A stretch of 64,000 nt of DNA from Eledone cirrhosa (lineage: Eukaryota). The notes under the pieces are model-generated. The model worked only from the letters and a program-made list of their open reading frames with translations. It was not told the DNA's origin and made no database searches. Made by a program: the position numbers and the translations under genes. The stretch lies in contig OZ024744.1 of NCBI GenBank assembly GCA_964016885.1, forward strand, positions 135,594,001 to 135,658,000, written 5' to 3'. Shown here piece after piece: positions 14,071 through 24,700 of this stretch. Within the stretch, counting starts at the first letter, position 1. Each line of letters starts with the position of its first letter.

Positions 14071-16715
14071 AGTATTGTCTTACCTGACATGGGTTGGACA
14101 AGTTATTACAGACTATTGTCCTACATACATGGGTTGGACAAGTTATTACAGACTATATTGTCCTAGCTGTCATGGGTTGGACAAGTTATTACAGACTATT
14201 GTCCTACATACATGGGTTGGACAAGTTATTACAGACTATTGTCCTACCTGTCATGGGTTGGACAAGTTATTACAGACTATTGTCCTACATGTCATGGGTT
14301 GGACAAGTTATTACAGACTATTGTCCTACCTATCATGGGTTGTACAAGTTATTACAGACTATTGTCCTACATACATGGGTTGGACAAGTTATTACCGACT
14401 ATTGTCCTACCTGTCATGGGTTGAACAAGTTATTACACACTATTGTCCTACATACATGGGTTGGACAAGTTATTACAGACTATTGTCCTACCTGTCATGG
14501 GTTGGGCAAGTTATTACAGACTATTGTCCTACCTGTCATAGGTTGGACAAGTTATTACAGGCTATTGACCTACATACATGGGTTGGACAAATTATTACAG
14601 ACTATTGTACTACCTGTCATGGGTTGGACAAGTTATTACAGGCTATTGTCCTACATACATGTGTTGGATAAGTTATTACAGACTATTGTCCTACCTGTCA
14701 TTGGTTGGACAAGGTATTACAGACTACTGTCCTACCTGTCATGGGTTGGACAAGTTATTACAGGCTATTGTCCTACATACATGGGTTGGACAAGTTATTA
14801 CAGACTATTGTCCTACCTGTCATTGGTTGGACAAGGTATTACAGACTATTGTCCTACCTGTCATGGGTTGGACAAGTTATTACAGGCTATTGTCCTACAT
14901 ACATGGGTTGGACAAGTTATTACAGACTATTGTCCTACCTGTCATGGGTTGGACAAGTTATTACACACTATTGTCCTACCTGTCATGGGTTGGACAAGTT
15001 ATTACAGACTATTGTACTACCTGTCATGGGTTGGACAAGTTATTACAGGCTATTGTCCTACATACATGGGTTGGACAAGTTATTACAGACTATTGTCCTA
15101 CCTGTCATGGGTTGGACAAGTTATTACACACTATTGTCCTACCTGTCATGGGTTGGACAAGTTATTACAGACTATTGTCCTACCTGTAATGGGCGAGACA
15201 AGTTATTACAGACTATTGTCCTACCTGTAATGGGCGAGACAAGTTATTACAGACTATTGTCCTACCTGTAATGGGCGAGACAAGTTATTACAGACTATTG
15301 TCTTACATACATGGGTTGGACAAGTTATTACAGACTATTGTCCTACCCGTCATGGGCTGGACAAGTTATTACAGACTATTGTCTTACATACATGGGTTGG
15401 ACAAGTTATTACAGACTATTGTCCTACCTGTCATGGGTTGGACAAGTTATTACACACTATTGTCCTACCTGTCATGGGTTGGACAAGTTATTACAGACTA
15501 TTCTCCGACCTGTCATTGGTTGGACAAGGTATTACAGACTATTGTCCTACCTGTCATGGGTTGGACAAGGTATTACAGACTATTGTCCTACCTGTCATGG
15601 GTTGGACAAGTTATTACACACTATTGTCCTACCTGTCATGGGTTGGACAAGTTATTACAGACTATTGTCTTACATACATGGGTTGGACAAGTTATTACAG
15701 ACTATTGTCCTACCTGTCATGGGTTGGACAAGTTATTACACACTATTGTCCTACCTGTCATGGGTTGGACAAGTTATTACAGACTATTCTCCGACCTGTC
15801 ATTGGTTGGACAAGGTATTACAGACTATTGTCCTACCTGTCATGGGTTGGACAAGGTATTACAGACTATTGTCCTACCTGTCATGGGTTAGACAAGTTAT
15901 TACACACTATTGTCCTACCTGTCATGGGTTGGACAAGTTATTACAGACTATTGTCCTACCTGTCATGGGTTGGACAAGGTATTACAGACTATTGTCCTAC
16001 CTGTCATGGGTTGTACAAGTTATTCAGACTATTCTCCGACCTGTCATTGGTTGGAAAGGTATTACAGACTATTGTCCTACCTGTCATGGGTTGGACAAGT
16101 TATTACAGACTATTCTCCGACCTGTCATTGGTTGGACAAGTTATTACAGACTATTGTCCTACATGTCATGGGTTGGACAAGTTATTACAGACTATTGTCC
16201 TACCTGTCATGGTTTGGACAAGTTATTACAGACTATTGTCCTACATACATGGGTTGGACAAGTTATTACAGACTATTGTCCTACCTGTCATTGGTTGGAC
16301 AAGGTATTACAGACTATTGTCCTACCTGTCATGGGTTGGACAAGTTATTACAGACTATTCTCCTACCTGTCATTGGTTGGACAAGGTATTACAGACTATT
16401 GTCCTACCTGTCATGGGTTGGACAAGTTATTACAGACTATTGTCCTACATGTCATGGGTTGGACAAGTTATTACAGACTATTGTCCTACATACATGGGTT
16501 GGACAAGTTATTACAGACTATTGTCCTACATACATGGGTTAGGCAAGTTATTACAGACTATTATCGTACATACATGGGTTCGACAAGTTATTACAGACTA
16601 TTGTCCTACATACATGGGTTGGACAAGTTATTACAGACTATTGTCCTACTTGTCATGGGTTGGACAAGTTATTACAGACTATTGTCCTACCTGTCATGGG
16701 TTGGACAAGTTATTA

Positions 16716-18244
16716 CGCATGGTAAATAACTGAGAGAGATACAATAGGATTAGAATACCGCATGGTAAATATCCAAGTTAATAAGTTAATACTACATCAG
16801 TAAAATTAACAATAATAACGTCATGAAAAAAAAACTACTAAGAGAAACCCTAGAAAATTTATCGCTAATACAGCAGGGAAAATTTAACGCTAATACAGCA
16901 GGGAACATCATAATATTAACGACAATATGTAGGCTAAAATACCTTCGTAGATTAGATGGATGGCTGGAATAATTGGAGTCAGCTCTAGTGATACATTTTA
17001 GCAGAGAAGAATGGGAAAGTATCTTATCTCTTCAATATTTTCAGATTGAATGAATTAGGTTAAAGACAGGGTAGTAAGCCTTAAAGAAGTGCATAGAGAG
17101 GGGGGGTAGGAACTGAGGGTCGCATGGTAAATAACTGAGAGAGATACAATAGGATTAGAATACCGCATGGTAAATATCCAAGTTAATAAGTTAATACTAC
17201 ATCAGTAAAATTAACAATAATAACGTCATGAAAAAAAAACTACTAAGAGAAACCCTAGAAAATGTATCGCTAATACAGCAGGGAAAATTTAACGCTAATA
17301 CAGCAGGGAACATCATAATATTAACGACAATATGTAGGCTAAAATACCTTCGTAGATTAGATGGATGGCTGGAATAATTGGAGTCAGCTCTAGTGATACA
17401 TTTTAGCAGAGAAGAATGGGAAAGTATCTTATCTCTTCAATATTTTCAGATTGAATGAATTAGGTTAAAGACAGGGTAGTAAGCCTTAAAGAAGTGCATA
17501 GAGAGGGGGGGTAGGAACTGAGAGAGATACAATAGGATTAGAATACCGCATGGTAAATATCCAAGTTAATAAGTTAATACTACATCAGTAAAATTAACAA
17601 TAATAACGTCATGAAAAAAAAAAAAACTACTAAGAGAAACCCTAGAAAATTTATCGCTAATACAGCAGGGAAAATTTAACGCTAATACAGCAGGGAACAT
17701 CATAATATTAACGACAATATGTAGGCTAAAATACCTTCGTAGATTAGATGGATGGCTGGAATAATTGGAGTCAGCTCTAGTGATACATTTTAGCAGAGAA
17801 GAATGGGAAAGTATCTCATCTCTTCAATATTTTCAGATTGAATGGATTAGGTTAAAGACAGGGTAGTAAGCCTTAAAGAAGTGCATAGAGAGGGGGGGGG
17901 TAGGAACTGAGGGTCGCATGGTAAATAACTGAGAGAGATACAATAGGATTAGAATACCGCATGGTAAATATCCAAGTTAATAAGTTAATACTACATCAGT
18001 AAAATTAACAATAATAACGTCATGAAAAAAACTACTAAGAGAAACCCTAGAAAATTTATCGCTAATACAGCAGGGAAAATTTAACGCTAATACAGCAGGG
18101 AACATCATAATATTAACGACAATATGTAGGCTAAAATACCTTCGTAGATTAGATGGATGGCTGGAATAATTGGAGTCAGCTCTAGTGATACATTTTAGCA
18201 GAGAAGAATGGGAAAGTATCTTATCTCTTCAATATTTTCAGATT
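16716..18244. repeat. Tandem array of a ~405-bp non-coding unit (~3.8 copies) at the junction between the two satellites
   Basis: Copy 1 is 16716-17120, copy 2 is 17121-17522, copy 3 is 17523-17914 (lacking the 22-bp junction segment), and copy 4 is 17915-18244 (3'-truncated). Copies differ only by about 3 SNPs, the A-run length (9, 9, 13, 7) and the G-run length (7, 7, 9). The ORF track has no entry here. Confidence 0.98.
16854..16905. repeat. 25-bp internal tandem duplication within the 405-bp unit, present in all four copies
   Basis: AAAATTTATCGCTAATACAGCAGGG is followed by AAAATTTAACGCTAATACAGCAGGG (24/25 identical). Confidence 0.95.
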
Positions 18245-18769
18245 ACCATTTTCATTACCATATTTCTAACGAAAGACACTGTTTATGTCATTAGCCCTTG
18301 CATTTACCATATTTCTAATGAAAGACAGTGTCTATGTCATTAACACTTTCATTACCATATTTCTAATGAAAGACACTGTCTATGACATTAACCCTTTCAT
18401 TACCATATTTCTAATGTAACCATTCCATTACCATATTTAACCATTCCATAACCATATTTCTAATGAAAGACACTGTCTAAGTCATTAACCCTTTCATTAC
18501 CATATTTCTAATCAAAAACACTATGTCATTAACCCTTTCATTAACATATTTCTAACGAAAGACACTGTTTATGTCATTAGCCCTTTCATTAGCATATTTC
18601 TAATGAAAGACAATATTTATGTCATTAACCCCTTCATTACTATATTTCTAATGAAAAACACTATGTCATTAACCCTTACATTACCATATTTCTAATGAAA
18701 GACACTGTCTATGTCATTAACCCTTTCATTACCATATTTCTAATGAAAAACACTATGTCATTAACCCTT

Positions 18770-21700
18770 TCATTACCATATATCTAATGAAAGACACTGT
18801 TTATGTCATTAACCCTTTCATTACCATATTTCTAATGAAAGACACTATGTCATTAACCCTTTCATTACCATATATCTAATGAAAGACACAGTCTATGTCA
18901 TTAACCCTTTTATTACCATATTTGTAATGAAAGAGACTGCCTATGACATTAACCCTTTCATTACCATATTTCTAATGAAAGACACTGTTTATGTCATTAA
19001 CCCTTTCACTACCATATTTCTAATGAAAGACACTGTCTATGTCATTAACCCTTTCACTACCATATTTCTAATGATAGATAGTCTATGTCTTTAACCCTTT
19101 CATTACCATATTTCTAATGAAAGACACTATGTCATTAACCCTTTCATTTACCATATTTCTAATGAAAGACACTGTCTATATCATTAACCCTTTCATTACC
19201 ATATTCTAATGTAACCATTCCATTACCATATTTAACCATTCCATTACCATATTTCTAATGAAAGACACTGTCCATGTCATTAACCCTTTCATTAACATAT
19301 TTCTAATGAAAGACCCTGTCTATGTCATTAATCCTTACATTACCATATTTCTAATGAAAGACCCTGTCTATGTCATTAACCCTTACATTACCATATATCT
19401 AATCAAAAACACTATGTCATTAACCCTTTCATTACCATATTTCTAATCAAAAACACTATGTCATTAACCCTTTCATTACCATATTTCTAATGAAAGACAC
19501 TGTCTATGTCATTAACCCTTTCATTACCATATTTCTAATCAAAAACACTATGTCATTAACCCTTTCATTACCATATTTCTAACGAAAGACACTGTTTATG
19601 TCATTAGCCCTTTCATTTACCATATTTCTAATGAAAGACAGTGTCTATGTCATTAACACTTTCATTACCATATTTCTAATGAAAGACACTGTCTATGACA
19701 TTAACCCTTTCATTACCATATTTCTAATGTAACCATTCCATTACCATATTTAACCATTCCATGACCATATTTCTAATGAAAGACACTGTCTAAGTCATTA
19801 ACCCTTTCATTACCACATTTCTAATCAAAAACACTATGTCATTAACCCTTTCATTAACATATTTCTAACGAAAGACACTGTTTATGTCATTAGCCCTTTC
19901 ATTAGCATATTTCTAATGAAAGACACTATTTATGTCATTAACCCTTTCATTACTATATTTCTAATGAAAAACACTATGTCATTAACCCTTACATTACCAT
20001 ATTTCTAATGAAAGACACTGTCTATGTCATTAACCCTTTCATTACCATATTTCTAATGAAAAACACTATGTCATTAACCCTTTCATTACCATATATCTAA
20101 TGAAAGACACTGTTTATGTCATTAACCCTTTCATTACCATATTTCTAATGAAAGACACTGTCTATGTCAACCCTTTCATTACCATATTTCTAATGAAAGA
20201 CACTGTCTATGTCATTAACCCTTTCATTACCATATTTCTAATGAAAGACTCTATGTCATTAACCCTTTCATTACCATATATCTAATGAAAGACACTGTCT
20301 ATGTCATTAACCCTTTCATTACCATATTTGTAATGAAAGAGACCGCCTATGTCACTAACCCTTTCATTACCATATTTCTAATGAAAGACACTGTCTATGT
20401 CATTAACCCTTTCATTACCATATTTCTAATGAAAGACACTATGTCATTAACCCTTTCATTACCATATATCTAATGAAAGACTGTCTAAGTCATTAACCCT
20501 TTCATTACCATATTTCTAATGAAAGACACTATCTATGTCATTAACCCTTTCATTACCATATTTGTAATGAAAGACTGTCTAAGTCATTAACCCTTTCATT
20601 ACCACATTTCTAACGAAAGACACTGTTTATGTCATTAGCCCTTTCATTACCATGTTCTAATTAAAAACACTATGTCATTAACCTTTTCATTACCATATTT
20701 CTAATGAAAGACTGTCTAAGTCATTAACCCTTTCATTACCATAATTGTAATGAAAGAGACTGCCTATGTCACTCACCCTTTCATTACCATATTTCTAATG
20801 TAACCATTCCATTACCATATTTAACCATTCCATTACCATATTTCTAATGAAAGACACTGTCTATGTCATTAACACTTTCATTACCATATTTCTAATGAAA
20901 GACACTATGTCATTAACCCTTTCATTACCATATATCTAATGAAAGACACTGTCTATGTCATTAACCCTTTTATTACCATATTTGTAATGAAAGAGACTGC
21001 CTATGTCATTAACCCTTTCATTACCATATTTCTAATGAAAGACACTGTTTATGTCATTAACCCTTTCATTACCATATTTCTAATGAAAGACACTGTCTAT
21101 GTCATTAAACCTTTCATTACCATATTTCTAATGAAAGACCCTGTCTATGTCATTAACCCTTTCACTACCATATTTCTAATGAAAGACACTGTCTATGTCA
21201 TTAACCCTTTCATTACCATATTTCTAATGAAAGACACTGTCTATGTCATTATCCGTTTCATTACCATATTTCTAATCAAAAACACTATGTCATTAACCCT
21301 TTCATTACCATATTTCTAACGAAAGACACTGTTTATGTCATTAGCCCTTTCATTACCATATTCTAATGAAAGACACTGTCTATGTCATTAACCCTTTCAC
21401 TACCATATTTCTAATGAAAGATAGTCTATGTCTTTAACCCTTTCATTACCATATTTCTAATGAAAGACACTATGTCATTAACCCTTTCATTTACCATATT
21501 TCTGATGAAAGACACTGTCTATGTCATTAACCCTTTCATTACCATATTCTAATGTAACCATTCCATTACCATATTTAACCATTCCATTACCATATTTCTA
21601 ATGAAAGACACTGTCCATGTCATTAACCCTTTCATTAACATATTTCTAATGAAAGACCCTGTCTATGTCATTAATCCTTACATTACCATATTTCTAATGA

Positions 21701-24700
21701 AAGACCCTGTCTATGTCATTAACCCTTACATTACCATATATCTAATCAAAAACAATATGTCATTAACCCTTTCATTACCATATTTCTAATCAAAAACACT
21801 ATGTCATTAACCCTTTCATTACCATATTTCTAATGAAAGACACTGTCTATGTCATTAACCCTTTCATTACCATATTTCTAATCAAAAACACTATGTCATT
21901 AATCCTTTCATTACCATATTTCTAACGAAAGACACTGTTTATGTCATTAGCCCTTTCATTTACCATATTTCTAATGAAAGACAGTGTCTATGTCATTAAC
22001 ACTTTCATTACCATATTTCTAATGAAAGACACTGTCTATGACATTAACCCTTTCATTACCATATTTCTAATGTAACCATTCCATTACCATATTTAACCAT
22101 TCCATAACCATATTTCTAATGAAAGACACTGTCTAAGTCATTAACCCTTTCATTACCATATTTCTAATCAAAAACACTATGTCATTAACCCTTTCATTAA
22201 CATATTTCTAACGAAAGACACTGTTTATGTCATTAGCCCTTTCATTAGCATATTTCTAATGAAAGACAATATTTATGTCATTAACCCTTTCATTACTATA
22301 TTTCTAATGAAAAACACTATGTCATTAACCCTTACATTACCATATTTCTAATGAAAGACACTGTCTATGTCATTAACCCTTTCATTACCATATTTCTAAT
22401 GAAAAACACTATGTCATTAACCTTTCATTACCATATATCTAATGAAAGACACTGTTTATGTCATTAACCCTTTCATTACCATATTTCTAATGAAAGACAC
22501 TATGTCATTAACCCTTTCATTACCATATATCTAATGAAAGACACAGTCTATGTCATTAACCCTTTTATTACCATATTTGTAATGAAAGAGACTGCCTATG
22601 ACATTAACCCTTTCATTACCATATTTCTAATGAAAGACACTGTTTATGTCATTAACCCTTTCACTACCATATTTCTAATGAAAGACACTGTCTATGTCAT
22701 TAACCCTTTCACTACCATATTTCTAATGATAGATAGTCTATGTCTTTAACCCTTTCATTACCATATTTCTAATGAAAGACACTATGTCATTAACCCTTTC
22801 ATTTACCATATTTCTAATGAAAGACACTGTCTATATCATTAACCCTTTCATTACCATATTCTAATGTAACCATTCCATTACCATATTTAACCATTCCATT
22901 ACCATATTTCTAATGAAAGACACTGTCCATGTCATTAACCCTTTCATTAACATATTTCTAATGAAAGACCCTGTCTATGTCATTAATCCTTACATTACCA
23001 TATTTCTAATGAAAGACCCTGTCTATGTCATTAACCCTTACATTACCATATATCTAATCAAAAACACTATGTCATTAACCCTTTCATTACCATATTTCTA
23101 ATCAAAAACACTATGTCATTAACCCTTTCATTACCATATTTCTAATGAAAGACACTGTCTATGTCATTAACCCTTTCATTACCATATTTCTAATCAAAAA
23201 CACTATGTCATTAACCCTTTCATTACCATATTTCTAACGAAAGACACTGTTTATGTCATTAGCCCTTTCATTACCATATTTGTAATGAAAGACACTGTTT
23301 ATGTCATTAACCCTTTCATTACCATATTTCTAATGAAAGACACTGTCTATGTCAACCCTTTCATTACCATATTTCTAATGAAAGACACTGTCTATGTCAT
23401 TAACCCTTTCATTACCATATTTCTAATGAAAGACTCTATGTCATTAACCCTTTCATTACCATATATCTAATGAAAGACACTGTCTATGTCATTAACCCTT
23501 TCATTACCATATTTGTAATGAAAGAGACCGCCTATGTCACTAACCCTTTCATTACCATATTTCTAATGAAAGACACTGTCTATGTCATTAACCCTTTCAT
23601 TACCATATTTCTAATGAAAGACACTATGTCATTAACCCTTTCATTACCATATATCTAATGAAAGACTGTCTAAGTCATTAACCCTTTCATTACCATATTT
23701 CTAATGAAAGACACTATCTATGTCATTAACCCTTTCATTACCATATTTGTAATGAAAGACTGTCTAAGTCATTAACCCTTTCATTACCACATTTCTAACG
23801 AAAGACACTGTTTATGTCATTAGCCCTTTCATTACCATGTTCTAATTAAAAACACTATGTCATTAACCTTTTCATTACCATATTTCTAATGAAAGACTGT
23901 CTAAGTCATTAACCCTTTCATTACCATAATTGTAATGAAAGAGACTGCCTATGTCACTCACCCTTTCATTACCATATTTCTAATGTAACCATTCCATTAC
24001 CATATTTAACCATTCCATTACCATATTTCTAATGAAAGACACTGTCTATGTCATTAACACTTTCATTACCATATTTCTAATGAAAGACACTATGTCATTA
24101 ACCCTTTCATTACCATATATCTAATGAAAGACACTGTCTATGTCATTAACCCTTTTATTACCATATTTGTAATGAAAGAGACTGCCTATGTCATTAACCC
24201 TTTCATTACCATATTTCTAATGAAAGACACTGTTTATGTCATTAACCCTTTCATTACCATATTTCTAATGAAAGACACTGTCTATGTCATTAAACCTTTC
24301 ATTACCATATTTCTAATGAAAGACCCTGTCTATGTCATTAACCCTTTCACTACCATATTTCTAATGAAAGACACTGTCTATGTCATTAACCCTTTCATTA
24401 CCATATTTCTAATGAAAGACACTGTCTATGTCATTATCCGTTTCATTACCATATTTCTAATCAAAAACACTATGTCATTAACCCTTTCATTACCATATTT
24501 CTAACGAAAGACACTGTTTATGTCATTAGCCCTTTCATTACCATATTCTAATGAAAGACACTGTCTATGTCATTAACCCTTTCACTACCATATTTCTAAT
24601 GAAAGATAGTCTATGTCTTTAACCCTTTCATTACCATATTTCTAATGAAAGACACTATGTCATTAACCCTTTCATTTACCATATTTCTGATGAAAGACAC

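Larger units (their letters stand above)
1..16716. repeat. Satellite/minisatellite array A, 40/41-bp monomer, about 410 copies, truncated by the window start
   Basis: Uninterrupted head-to-tail copies of CCTACATACATGGGTTGGACAAGTTATTACAGACTATTGT (40 bp) and CCTACCTGTCATGGGTTGGACAAGTTATTACAGACTATTGT (41 bp), mostly with 0-4 substitutions. It ends abruptly at ...GGACAAGTTATTAC (16716). Confidence 0.99.

Noticed and set aside
10-16733. Long overlapping ORFs (up to 925 aa) as protein-coding genes
   Set aside because: All three frames are open at once because the monomer lacks stops. The unit length is not a multiple of 3, indels are frame-blind, and there is no non-repetitive domain.
17068-17119. 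G-quadruplex in the G-rich end of the 405-bp unit
   Set aside because: It would need the G7 run split in two and a loop of nearly 30 nt, which is not a canonical four-tract motif.
16716-17120. 405-bp unit derived from arrays A/B (CAAGTTAATA, GACAATATGTAGG, ATGGTAAAT matches)
   Set aside because: The matches are only 8-10 bp, in mixed orientation and non-collinear, as expected by chance in AT-rich DNA.
17085-17200. Spliced-leader RNA gene repeat (GCATG/GTAAAT resembles the end of flatworm SL exons; ~400-bp tandem unit)
   Set aside because: The upstream sequence does not resemble known SL exons, and I see no U-rich Sm-binding site or SL stem-loops downstream. The motif is better explained by the 13-bp local duplication.
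17614-17900. A-run (7-13) and G-run (7-9) length differences as regulated phase variation
   Set aside because: There is no gene to switch. Homopolymer slippage or long-read consensus error is sufficient.
16716-18244. 5S rRNA, tRNA or snRNA tandem gene unit; LTR, MITE or Helitron
   Set aside because: I see no recognisable 5S/tRNA boxes or cloverleaf, no terminal inverted repeats, no TG..CA ends and no convincing terminal hairpin plus CTRR end.
18417-18458. Homology to human satellite II/III (CCATT)n
   Set aside because: There are only two adjacent pentamers, derivable from the B monomer (TAACCCTTTCATTACC) by two substitutions.
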